A stretch of 59,203 bases of DNA, counting the filler, from Diploschistes diacapsis (lineage: Eukaryota): NCBI GenBank assembly GCA_023645945.1. It is 5 parts of 5 records of this genome, joined end to end, with 100 filler letters (N's around TTAATTAATTAA, not from the genome) between each part and the next. Parts side by side here need not be neighbours in the genome. Positions count along the whole stretch, not along the records: positions 11,885 to 23,661 come from JALAIB010000802.1; positions 23,762 to 35,529 come from JALAIB010000803.1; 3 more parts are not named here. The stretch is one strand, 5' to 3'. A model generated the notes under the pieces. The model searched no databases. It worked only from the letters and a program-made list of their open reading frames with translations, and was not told the origin of the DNA. Of this stretch, positions 11,885 to 24,237 are shown one piece after another. Every line of letters starts with the position of its first letter. Positions within the stretch are counted from its first letter, which is position 1. The translations under genes were made by a program, and so were the position numbers.

Positions 11885-14800
11885 CCCCAACACCCTCCCT
11901 ACAAATCCCGTCCCAACCAACACCGGCACAGCGCGCATACTCTTGCTGCACCTCTGCGCAGCAGCCGTACCAAACACCAGCCCTTCCCCTTTACCGCCTC
12001 CATCCACTCCGCTCTCACCCTGATATTGCTGCTTATAGAAATCCAGTAGCTTCACCGCTGGATCGTCGGCTTTGGTCTGAAGTTTACTCAGCCATGTGGA
12101 GATAGAGGAGCGGGTGAAGGATAGGCCGGCGATGGAGAGTTCGGAGAGAAATGTCGACCAGGGAAAGGAGTTGGGGTTGAGGAAGTTGTAGATTGTTTGG
12201 GGATGGCTGAAGGAGGGGGGAAGGGAGAGGGTTTCAAAGAGCTCGAAGGTTATGGCGCCGAGGGTGTCGACGGGGAGCCAGGCGCAGGGCTGGAGGAGGG
12301 GTTGTGTTAGCAATGGGGAAACTCGCGGACGGGATGCGTGGGAAGGAAATAAGGAGGGGCTTTGGGAGGGATTGACGTACTTCCTGCAGCTCAGGCAGCG
12401 TCTGCAGCGACAGTGCCGAGCGCACCATCAGCGGCACGAACTCGCTATCGTTCCAGATCCCGTGCCGCGTATCGCCGACAACCTGTCCTATGCGCAGGAC
12501 ATGGCTCGGAGCGCCGATGCTCGCGGCGTTGAGCACAATGTGCTCGCCCACGAGTTTCGACTGCGCGTAGCCCGTGCGACCGGCATGAGCGAGATTCTCG
12601 ACCGGCGCCTCCAGGATATGGGCTCCGGCGGGGCTGTTGTACGCCACGGATACGGACGAGCAGAAGAAGAGCCGGGCGGGCTGTGGTCTGTGCACGGAGA
12701 GGGCGAACTGTTGCAGGTGGTGTAAACCGGCGATGTGCGACTTGAAGCTGCGGAGGTGGATGTTGAAGTTGACGGGCCAGGCTATGTGGATCACGAAAGA
12801 GACTGTGCGGCGCATTTCCGAGAGGGTGGAGGCGTCGAGAGCGAAGTTAGGATGGCTGAGGTCCGCAGTGTGCGCGATGATTTTGGCTTGTTGGTTCTTG
12901 GGGAGCTCGAGATGCCTTTCTTTGAGCGAGTGGAGGACTCGGTCTGTTGGATGGGCTCCGCGGACGAAACAGTAGACTTTTTCTACGTAGCTCTTCGCAA
13001 CGGCTTGAGATAGGACGTGGGCTCCAATGGATCCAGTTGCGCCAGTGAGAAGCTGTTTTGGTGTTAGGGACTTTCGATTTCTGATAGATAGGACATACCA
13101 AAGTTTGCTTAGCAAGGTCTGGCGTATGTCTATCAGCGGCGTCGTCGCTGCTGCTATATCCATTCTCTTTAACGTCTGCACGATTGGAATGTTGATCAGC
13201 TAGGTTGCCGTTGCTCCTTTGACATTTCGCAACCTGCTCGTCGACATAGTAAGTTTCTACAGGCTCTTCGCAGTTGGCTTGATCAATTGGAACTTCGCGA
13301 CCGTTCGAGAGGCTGTCACCAAAGCCACTAACGTATTGATGTCGTTCAAAGCTCGAGTATTCATGGATGAGATCGTTCATCAATTTGGTTTGCTCGTTTT
13401 CCTGAAGCGTATCGTATTCCTCGGTCAAGGCGAGATGCCGGGCTAGCTGTTTTGCGTTTCCAGTCTCGTAAACAACGTTAGTAGCTAACTGTTTGCCGTT
13501 TAAATCAAGGGTTCTCTGAAGTATCCGTCTCATCTGAATCGCTTTCAGGCTGTCCACGCCTTCAGAAAAGAAATCAGTCTCGGAGTTATCCAAGAAGATG
13601 CCAATAGTGCTACGGGGGGTTTCCATCACAAACTCTTCCAATCCCTTCAAGTTCAACTTCAGGCCTCCTTTTTCGCAACGCTCGAGTCTGTCGTACATAT
13701 CTTGAATTTCTTCAGCAAACGTCTCGTATACCTGAGCCCGGATGACGTTTCCTTTGTCAGTACGTGGGTACCCAAGACTCGAAGGCAAAATTGTGACCAT
13801 ATCCTTTGTGATTTGAGAGAATGCTTCTGCTCTCGTATTCGCATCTGCAATTGTAGGCCAAATAGCCTCAAGGTACGCGTCGTCAGATAAACGGTCTGAA
13901 GATTTGTCACGAAAAACTAGAAGGCAAGGCACAGACTTATCGACGCCTGCAATAACTGCTTCCCGCACATAGGGATCCTGGCGAATACGGCCCTCTATCG
14001 GTAGAGGCAAGAACTTTTCGCCGTTCACAAGCGTGACTCGATCATCAAGGCGGGTAACGTATTTCCACGCTTCGGGAATGGAAGGATGAGGAGTGAACAC
14101 GTCCTTGGAGTGCCATGAACCAGGTGCGGGAATGTCTGAACTGGAGGCTGATAATGCCGGATGGCCTTTGAGGTAAACACACTCGAACAAGTTTTCGTAA
14201 CCTAGTGGATGCATGTACACATGGTTTTTAAGGTTCGAATAAATACGGATATAGTTCCAAGAATCATCACCTTTCTGCCTTCGCATAGTGTCGCCAATTA
14301 GGCCTGCTTCAGTGCTATCATAATCAGTCCACCAGCTGCTTGTAGCAGGGTTACGGACTTACGTTCCGAAGACGACACCAAGATTGACACCTTCCGAAAC
14401 CAGTCGATCACCCAACTCGTCAGGAGTACGAGCACCAGCCGAAGTCACTATTTTGCAAGATTTCAGGATGTCGATCCCCTGTGGCTTTTCGGCCAAGAGT
14501 CCGAGAGCATAAGGTACAACATGTATTGCTTCTGGCTCGACGGCCTGAGTAACAGATATCAGATTGTCAGCCGTGAGAGGAAGAGACGTGTTGTAGAGAA
14601 AGGCTGTCTTGCGCATCCACATAGCTTGAAGCGAGGTTGATAATCCATATAAGTGATACCATGGAAGAGCGTTGAAATTGCTGTAGCCAGAGCCTTGAGT
14701 CGGATGTGTCAGAATAGCTTTGTGGGTCAACATTACAGGCTTGGGTAACCCAGTTGAGCCCGAAGAGTGCATTATCACTGCTACTCTCCCATTTTCTTCA

Positions 14801-15215
14801 TCTCTGTCATATTCGCGAATGAAATGAGGTTCATGAAGCACAGACGCTGGTTTATCATATTCGCTGCGGGACGGTATCTTGAGCGACCTCGCTTGGAAGC
14901 GAATTTTGACCTCCGTTACAGTTGCCTCTATCTGTTGAGATTTTCCGTGAACGATTACCGAGCAGTCAGCCTTCTGAAGAAGGTTAATGATCGCTGTTGC
15001 TGGTATCCGCAGAGAGAGACACAAGATTGTATAGCCCAACCTGCTGAGAGCAAAGAATGAAACGATGAAATCGACATTCGACGGAGCCAGTAGCGCAACT
15101 GTATTGCGGTCATTCTGCATTTGCAAGGTCATCAGTTAAAGCTCCACTGATGGAATGGGAAGAACAGATTATGTCGTCCAAAACTCACCGAATGTGTTAT
15201 ATAGTTGCTGTACAT
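11885..15215 (-). CDS. NRPS-like A-T-R enzyme (fungal carboxylic-acid-reductase type) #1; 3' end cut by gap, N-terminus apparently short
   Basis: A domain HSSGSTGLPK, FGTTEAG, RLDDRVTLVNGEK; carrier domain DFFSEGVDSL; reductase LLTGATGSIG, HIAWPVNFN, YAQSK. Introns near 15188-15115, 14360-14315, 13098-13053, 12380-12291. Confidence 0.9.
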
Positions 15216-16233
15216 GCTCTTGCGAAAGATGAGCCATAACCGAAAAAGACACTATCTACGTGTTCAACCTAGCCGAATGAAACAGATCGATTCTAGTCCA
15301 ACACGCATGGTAAAACAAAAGACTTTGTTTGCGAACCGGCGCTGGAAAGAAATACGGCACAGTAATTCTATAGGGACTAAAGAGAAGTATTGAAAGCACG
15401 AACCTCTCCTGCCGATACTCCACCTACATCACTATACTGACCTGAGTGTTCAAAGCGACAACAGCTTTACTACAAGAGACTATCATGCATTGCCACGTAA
15501 TGTTTTGACCGTGAGAAGAAAGAAACGTAGCAGGTAGCCGGCAATGGTAAGCTACAACAGTATCCATCTCTCCAGTCGAGTCGAAAGGGGGAGTGGAGAA
15601 TAGTGCACAATGGGAGCTCCAAACCCAGAGACCTACGGAGAGGAAGACAGGAAACGCACGAGGGGCTGCAGGCTTAGTCATTGAACATTTGAAATATCTT
15701 GTTTTATAAAGCCCTGATTCCCTGGCGCTCCGGACGTGTCAGAGCATTTCGAATGGCCATATAACGTCTGCGGTGTGATCACATATTAACGACAGGTCGA
15801 TAGTAGTGGACTTGTTTCTTTCCCTCTGGAGGCTGCCAAGGCCGATTGAGAGACCGGCACTAAAGCCATTCGTAGGGTGCCCAGGCTAGTAGAGAATAGT
15901 ACAGTAGGTGTTGATGCATTGGCACACAGTCTTGGGCTGATAATAGGACAAGAAGGTTCAAAGGAGAAACTCCGCCGGAACTTCAAGGGTCTCACGCGTG
16001 CTACCCAAGCGTGGAGTTGACGGACGTAAGGCTGAGTTCCTGATTACATAACTCCCTCTTCTCCGCTTTCCCCTTGTGGAAATATCCGACGTTCGGCGGA
16101 AGACCCGGAGTGAACTCTGCAACTAGCGAGAATGTCTCACTTTCAATTTTTTGCTGCTTATACTACCTAGGCCGAACCGGCTAAGCCTCACTCCATACTA
16201 CCAGACTGTCAATCAATGTTTCTATCCCCGTGT

Positions 16234-17479
16234 TCACTCATGAAGAGGCGGTCTATCCATCAACAGAGCCCCCATCAAGCTTTCTGCAACCCTTGTCCCG
16301 ATGCACCTCAGCATTCTCAATGGCATCTCGAATCTCGTGATCCTCCTTTTGAGTGAGATTGACGTTGCAGGCACCCACATTCTCCTCCAGGTACTTGATC
16401 TTCTTCGTGCCTGGGATTGGGAAAATGTCGTTTCCCTGATTGAGCATCCATGCAAGGGTAAGCTGACCGGACGTGCACCCTTTCTGCTCCGCAATACTTC
16501 GAAGCTTACGCACCAGCTCGAGGTTCTTGTGGAAGTTCTCCTTTGAGAAGCGCGGGATAGATCGACGAAAGTCTCCCTCGTCAAAGTCATCGATCGATCT
16601 GTATTGACCGGTGAGCATGCCTCGACCGAGGGGCGAGTATGCTACTGTAGCTATGCCAAGTTCTCGGCATGTTTTCAGGAGCCCCATCTTTTCAATATCC
16701 ATGGAGAACGGGCTGTACTCGATCTGATATGCGGCAATCTGGTGAAATTCGAGACGCTCTTCTGAGCGTATCGATTCCACACTCACTCAAGCCAAGATGT
16801 TTGACTTTGCCGGAGCTGGAGAGCCTCGTTAATTTTGTCGTTGATAGCTGCAGGAAGGCTCGACATACTCTATATATTCCTTCATGGTAGTAACGATAGC
16901 CTCAACCGGTGTCTTCCCGCTAAAGCGATGGCTGGTGAAAGAATGAGTCGGGAAGCTAAATGAGCGTCGTAGCAGTGGAAGAGATCTACGAACCAGTAGA
17001 GAAGATCAATGTAATCTGTCCGAAGTCGCGCGAGACTCTCCTTGACCGCTTTGTGAATATACTCCGGCTCGTTTCTTATCTCGCGGCCGCCTTCGGGCGT
17101 TACATGATTTCCAAACTTGGTCGCTAGAAAGATCTATCGGGGCGAATCAGTAATCATACCAGGAACCCCTAGCGGTCACACTTGCTTCTTTCCTTTTACC
17201 TGTCCTTTGGAACCATCGACCAAGCAGCTCCTCACTATCACCGTAGAGCGCCGCGGAGTCCCAATGCCTGCAGCCTAGCTCGTAAGCACGGTCGAGCAAT
17301 GCGAAGCGCTCATCATCCGACGGAGGCTGGCCGTAAAATGCTTTGTGACATTGTTAGTATCGACACTTTCTAGATGTGGGATCTAGGGCCTTACAGCTGA
17401 GGCCCATCAATCCCAGACCAAGGGCCGGAACTGGTGGACCATTCCGTCCTAGAGGCTTTGTAGGTATCTTGATAGACAT
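16234..17479 (-). CDS. Aldo-keto reductase (YakC/AKR13-like), multi-exon, possible C-terminal frameshift
   Basis: [80 protein letters not shown]. One intron uses a GCAAGT donor. Confidence 0.9.
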
Positions 17480-17834
17480 TGGAACAATGCTCTAATCCAA
17501 AAGCTTGGCTTCCCAAGGAATCGTATTGAACGGTAAGTGATACTATGAAGCTGAAAGATCTAGCATATTTATATCCTTCTTGTTTGCGGATTTGTCGTGT
17601 GCAGGGCAGGTGGTCGGGGTTTGTGACCGGTTTGTAAGGCTGGAAGGGTTTATGCTTCACTTTTGGAAATAGTGTGATATGTATGGCCTACGTAAGCAAC
17701 ACTAGCTTCACGTCCCGACTTCAGTTTCTTTTGACAATTCCAAAGACAAAGCTCTGCGCATTGACAACTTCTATGGAAAGGTGCATCTAGTAGCATCCAT
17801 ACTTGACGACTACATTCGCAATAGAGGCATCTTT

Positions 17835-18711
17835 CTAATCAGTAAGCTCGCTCTTCCACTTCAACAAGCTTACTCCATCGTAGAGAGGAAGCAGGACAGT
17901 ATCTATCCTATTGTCGTTCTTGCAGAAATCCGTAAAGCTTCTCAGCGCCTTGCCACAGCCTGTCCAATAAGGTCGAACCTTGGCCGGAAGCTCAGGGTTC
18001 GCATCTGTAGAGATGGTCATGCCACGGGCAAAGACTGCATGTACAATATTAGCCTTGGACATACAACTCTGCAGAACTCATCACTTACCATTGTCAGCCA
18101 TGATGAGTCCATCCTTAGCAAGGAGCTTCTTGTCGAGGATCTGCTTGACATAGCCTTGGTACCTGTCCTTGTTGGCGTCGACAAAGATAATGTCAAAAGT
18201 GCCGGTAAGCTTTGCAAGCGAATCCTGAGCAGGGCCCTCGATCAGGGTAACCCTGTCGTTAAGCTTGTACTTGTCGAAGGTTCTCCGAGAAGCTCCGATC
18301 ATCTTAGGATCGAGCTCTAGCGTGATGATCTCTGCCTGAGTGCCCACCGTGCCCTCGTACCATGCTAGAGCGCTGTAGCCTGTATAGCAGCCGATCTCGG
18401 GGGCTGACGGGTCTTAGCAAAGGTGATTAGTTCGAAGTACGGTGTAGCTTACTTCTCTTGGCGCGATGGTACTCGGCCAAAAACTTCATGGTGGCTCCTT
18501 GCAGAGGGGAGGACATTTTATCGGAATCCTCGAATTCACCGCAGGTCCAGTCCCACAAATCTTTCATGTCGCCAGACACGTCGTTGGAATGATCTATGCA
18601 GTACCCTGTGACAGTCGCCGCCATATCAGGCTACAGAAATATTTTATCAATCTCTTGCTCTTCTTTGTAGAATTGGAGACTCACTGTGAAGGGTAAGATA
18701 CTGTTCAACAT
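17835..18711 (-). CDS. SAM-dependent O-methyltransferase, caffeoyl-CoA/catechol (Methyltransf_3) family
   Basis: KMSSPLQG, EIGCYTGYSAL, TLELD, FDIIFVDANK..Y, ADNV, LLPLYDGV; three introns. Confidence 0.88.
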
Positions 18712-19458
18712 GGCGGTATAAAGAATCTCTGTGACAATGAATCCGGTGATTTGGCAGTTTCATGAGCGATGAGTGAAGGGTAGTTAGTTCAGCACACCCA
18801 ACAGTGCACAGGTAAGCTTCTTATAGCATCGTAGAGCCTCGACCTCATAGATAATCTCGCCTGCAAGCTGCAGGCGTCCGCATGCTGCATGTCTAGTGCA
18901 CCATGCATAGTTACTATAGCCAGTGCAAGACGATTTACCAAGGTGAGAATGATATTCAGATGGATTGTCCTCGGATTGGAGTATTGCCAAATCGGGAACT
19001 TGCGTGAATCGGAGGCTCGGACGCGCTCTTCCTTGGCTTTCCTGACTGCAAGGTGAATTCCGATACGGACGGAGATATAGCTGTCGAACGTCGAAGATCG
19101 CCGAGGCGTGCAGCTCTGGGGGTGCATTATCATGTTATTTTACTCCGTAGTTCGAAGGCGCAGACTCCTTCTGGAATAGCCTCACGGAACGGTATCTTGT
19201 ATTGTTAGGCTGGAGCTTGCAGCATGCATAGCCTTTGTGGCCAAGGCCAGTTTCAACGCTTTTTTGAGGACCCTAAACGCCTGCTTTACTTCAAGGGACC
19301 TTGTGTTGTATCTTTGCAGGCACCGAGAGACCGAAGAGTCGGCAGATGGCCATAGGGGCATGCAATTGAACAAAGACATACTCAGTGATAATCGGAAGTT
19401 GACGCTGCCTTTTTTCAAGTTTGTTCAACAATAAAGATCAGATTGAAAGAGAAAAATC

Positions 19459-22400
19459 ATGTCGCAGGCGCCACCGCCTCGTGGCCATGTTCCGGAAGTC
19501 TTTCAACCTTCTGTAGCGACTCCAAATCGTCTTATACACCTCGTGCCAGATGAGCTAGCTCGGGCTGTTCCAGATCATCCCCTCTTTTCATATCCAAAGA
19601 CAGCGCAGGTACAAGATGGCTTTGTGGAGGTCTCGACTAGACGGTTCGCCAATGCTATCAATCGAACAAGCTGGTACCTGCTGTCTTTGCTTGAGGCACC
19701 CAGTAATTTCGAGACGGTGTGCTATATGGGTCCCAGTGAGTTAAAACAATATATCAAGATCGCCGCCAATTCCAAGCTAATGAGAGGAGATGATATAAGA
19801 TATTTCTTGTTCATGTTTGGGGCCATCAAGGTTGGCTATAAAGTGTGTGATTGAACCTTAGAAATGATGGGTAGAGCTTTAACGCGCATCAGATGCTCTT
19901 CTTGTCCCCTCGGAATCAGCTCGAAGGCCATCTGAACGTGCTCGACCGGAGCGAATGCAAAATTTTCCTGCGAGCGAAAGACGTCAATGTGGATCATATC
20001 TTGATTAAACGGCGATTACAAACCAGCACGGTACCAGAACTTGAGGAACTGTTGAACGAAGATTCAGTGCCAACGTACCCGTACACCAAATCATTTGAAG
20101 ACGCTTGGGATGATCCCTGCCTCGTTCTGCACACAACTGGATCAACAGGACTTCCAAAGCCTATCACGTGGCACGTTGGGGTTCTGAGCACTTACGAAGC
20201 ATGGAGAACGATTCCGTCCGTTGACGGCTATGTTCCAACGACAGTGATATATCAGCAATCCAAGAGAGCCTATACTTCCATGCCGCTTTTTCACACTAGT
20301 GGTATTAACGCTGGTATAAGTTGGTCGTTGCTCCTGGGCGTGACTCTTGTCTACGGTGCTCCCCATGTAGTGCCAAATGCAGCATATGCAGACGAAATGC
20401 ACAAGCACGCCGGAGTGGACGCATCCATGGGCGCTCCTTCAATATACGAGGAGCTCAGTCACAACTCCGAATCGCTTGAACGTATTAGCAAACTTCACTA
20501 TGTCGTCGCGAGTGGAGGTGAGTGCCGTAGCCCTTTTAGAAGCATGACCTCTTATGATTCCCAGCTCCCTTATCAACGATGGCCGGCAAAGAAATATCCA
20601 AATATACAAGGGTCATCTGCAATCTTGGAGCAACAGAGACAGCATGTTTGCAGAGATTAGCACCTTCGATCGATGACTGGCCATATTTCTTTTGGCATCC
20701 TACGCATTCTGGAATCGAAATGCGAGAAATTGAGAACGGACTGTACGAGTTGTTTCTTGTGAAGGATCCAAAGTTGAAGTTATTTCAGGGCATTTTCAAC
20801 ACTTGTCCAGATATCCGAGAATGGTCAATGAGCGATCTTTACTCGAAACATTCGGATCCAGCAAAACCCTTTCTCTTTAGGTACCAAGGTCGAAAGGACG
20901 ACGTGATCGTGTTGAGTAATGGCGAAAAGATTGCCCCAGCGTTGATGGAAACGGCTTTGATGAGCCACCATCTTGTCAAGGGGGCAATGATCATTGGAAA
21001 GGGCAAGTTTCAACCAGCGGTTCTCGTTGATCTCTTCACTGGGCCGCAAGAAGATGCCATGGACCGATATCGGCTGATTGAAAGCCTGAGGCCAGCTATT
21101 CGGGAAGCCAACAAATTCGCACCGGCTCACGGCCAGCTTGATGAGTACGATGTACTTTTCGCAGATCCAAAGAAACCAATAGCTTACCTAGGCCAAGGTA
21201 AAATCCAAAGAATACGTACCTACGCCCTGTATGAAGATGATATTGAGGCGCTTTATGCTTCCGTTGAGGATGACTCTCGCGAGCAGCTAAGGCTCCATGA
21301 TTCTCTCAGTCTCGATTTCATGAACAAAATTCACATTACACAACGTTTGAAGTTCCTTCTTGCCAAGGTTGCCAGGATTGAAGGGCTCGACGAAGATCAA
21401 GATCTGTTTGCGGCGGGTCTTGACTCACTGCAAGTGATCAGGATAGCCCAGGAGCTGAGGCTTGAAGCAAAAGTATTCGGGTTGACAAAAGCAGACGAGG
21501 TGCGGCCGCCAGCGATTTACTCACATCCAACTTTGCAGAAACTCGCCGCGTGGCTCCTCCATGAAGGCCAAACCCAGCCTACAACGAACGGTCTTGACAA
21601 ATACCACATGAATGGCCATAATACAGGACACGGCAACCCAGATCAGAATGGTAGTGGTGAGGAAAGCAGCAAGGGGGCGACAACAAGCCTCATGACACGG
21701 TTGCTTGCAGAACAGGTACAGAGTCTTCCTTTCTTGCCTCCAACGAGGAATACGCCCAAAGAGAACGTAACAGTTCTCCTCACAGGTAGCACAGGGTCAC
21801 TCGGGTCGTACCTTTTAGAAGCTCTTCAGCATAACAGCAAAGTTGCTCGCATTATCTGCCTGAATCGAGTTTCAGATGCAGCCGTAAGACACAGGAAGAC
21901 ATGTCAAGAGCGTGGGCTGAGTCAACCCGATCGTCGACGAGTCGAGTTCTTGCGAGCGGACCTTTCGAAGCCGGAATTGGGACTGAAAGACTGGGTATAT
22001 GCAGGTTTGTTGAAAACCGTAACGCACATCATTCGTACGCTTCCAACTTCAGTATTCTTCTAATATGACAGCCTTAGCTAAAATACCGCGGATAATCAGT
22101 GGCCCGTAAACTTCAACTGGACGCTTCCATCATTTGAGCCGTACATTCGTGGTGTTCGCTATTTGATAGATTTCTCAGTTGCATCCACCTTTAAGAGTTT
22201 CATCATGTTCATTTCGAGTGTCTCTTCCGTTGGCGGCTGGACTGGCGAGGATCCTGTCACAGAACAGCCCATTTTTGATCTCTCGGTGGCAAATAATATG
22301 GGATACGGGCAATCAAAACTCATTTCTGAGAGACTGCTCGATGAAGCGGCCCGAGTCTCTGGAGTGAGGTCGGCAGTTTGTCGCGTTGGAATCATCGCTG

Positions 22401-23055
22401 GCCCTGTGGAGAAACGTCGGGGGACGTGGAACAAACACGAATATATTCCGGCGGTAAGTTGACTAGGCGTCTTTTCGCGTCTACCCCGTCTACCCTGTCT
22501 ACCCCCGTCTACCCCCGTCTACCCTGTCATGCATTCCTAGACAACTGACGCATGCTCTGTAAGATCATCATTTCGTCAGCATATCTCGGCGCATTCCCGG
22601 AAAACTTCCCTTCTCGACATTATGTCCAATGGCTGCCGGTCGATAAGCTGTCCCATATCCTCTGCGAGATAATGATCAACGCATCCGGACAGTCAGGGAA
22701 AGGAGACATTCAAGGAACGTTGACTTATCATGTTGTCAACCCTCGGATTACTACCTGGTCAGCGCTAGTACCAAAAATTTTATCTGCTTACCCGTCAGGA
22801 ATGGGGGTGAAGGCTGTGCCATTTTCTGATTGGCTCGATATACTGGAAAGGAGCCTCGAGAACCTCAGTGACTCGCATCGAAACCCAGCGATCAAGTTGC
22901 TTGACTTTTATCGCAACTCTGCGACCTTTGAGAAAAGACTTCAGCCGTTAGCTTCAGAGGAGGCGCAGAAGGCAAGTAAGAGGCTCCAGCAATTAGATCC
23001 GGTAAATGAGGAATGGTTAGTAACATGGATGCAGCAATGGGGTCTAAAAGACTAA
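19459..23055 (+). CDS. NRPS-like A-T-R enzyme (carboxylic-acid-reductase type) #2
   Basis: LHTTGSTGLPK, LGATET, GRKDDVIVLSNGEK; carrier domain DLFAAGLDSL; reductase LLTGSTGSLG, HNQWPVNFN, GYGQSK, NPAIKLLDFY; five introns. Confidence 0.9.
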
Positions 23056-23326
23056 TGTCCCGAAGTGGTTACATCTGCAATGAAGTGTGGGAATCACTCA
23101 GGGAACTAGAAAACAACTGCGCTAAGCAACCCGTAATCTCAGCAAAATATATGCCGAGTATGCCACTGAATGTAGATATTTGGTCTAGTGATCTAATGTT
23201 GAGGTTTTGGCGTTTCACTTGCGAAATAGGATGACCAACTAGGGCATGACAATAGCCTAAGAAAAATGCTTTGGAGTGACTCAGATGCTTTTCAGCAAAT
23301 TCCTCGATAAAGGAAGGAGTCCTTTA

Positions 23327-23661
23327 GGCCCTGTTTGGCGCCACGTAGAGCGGGCTCTAACGTGGCGCGTTTAGCAGCCAGCCCTATCACGATATCGCCC
23401 ACCATCCTCGGCCTTATAGACCAGCCTCGGCCTAACCTTCCAGCTTCTTTAACGGCCTTTTCTACGTATGCGTCAAAGCATTTATATAATATCTTCGTAA
23501 GCGTAATATTTATCATAAAAACGTTTCGTTATAACGTGTTTGACGGGGATTCCGGCCACCCCCAGAGTCCGGCCACTTTTGCCAAGAAATAGTTTAAATC
23601 TTCAATAATTCTTCGAATTAATCACTATTTTGATTTTTTTTCCAGAATATTACTTTACAAT
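23327..23661. mobile_element. Second (inverted, gap-truncated) copy of the PIF/Harbinger-like element
   Basis: TTA + GGCCCTGTTTGGCGCCACGTAGAG is the reverse complement of the right end of 10603-11209, with homology continuing about 200 bp inward. Confidence 0.8.
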
Positions 23662-23761
23662 NNNNNNNNNNNNNNNNNNNNNNNNNNNNNNNNNNNNNNN
23701 NNNNNTTAATTAATTAANNNNNNNNNNNNNNNNNNNNNNNNNNNNNNNNNNNNNNNNNNNN
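23662..23761. other. Assembly linker
   Basis: N44-TTAATTAATTAA-N44. Confidence 0.98.
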
Positions 23762-24237
23762 GATGGGCATGGTGGATTGGGAGGGGAGGAGGATGGCGTA
23801 AGAGCTTTGATTGTGAGTCAACAAAGGTTCTGCCTGGTTGAGGTAAGACGGGCTAAATGAAGTCAGGATTTCAGGTTAGAGATCTCCTTCCTGACTAGGC
23901 AGCTCGAGTTGCCACCACCGTTCTCCTTTTCTTTTGGTTGAACAAGCTTTTGATTCTGCTTGCCATATATAGACTGTGATTGGTACTGGACACTGGCAAG
24001 CCGGAAGGGACCGACACTGGTAAAGTACTTGCAAGCACGTTCCTTGCCCGAAGCATCCGAAATGATAGCTCCCGCTTAAAGCATTCTTAGGATAAAAGAG
24101 AGAATGGGGCAGTCAGTGGCCGTCTACCCCGCCTTTAGAAGCAGCCATGCAGCAACTTCTTGGTGATTGTTCAACTCGCTCGAAATAGCTTGTGGAATTT
24201 TTTTGGTGGCTAGCAGAAAGCACGCTCTACATTCTCC

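Noticed and set aside
22478..22527. Short (gtctacccc)n repeat
   Set aside because: Simple intronic minisatellite with no spacers; not CRISPR-like.
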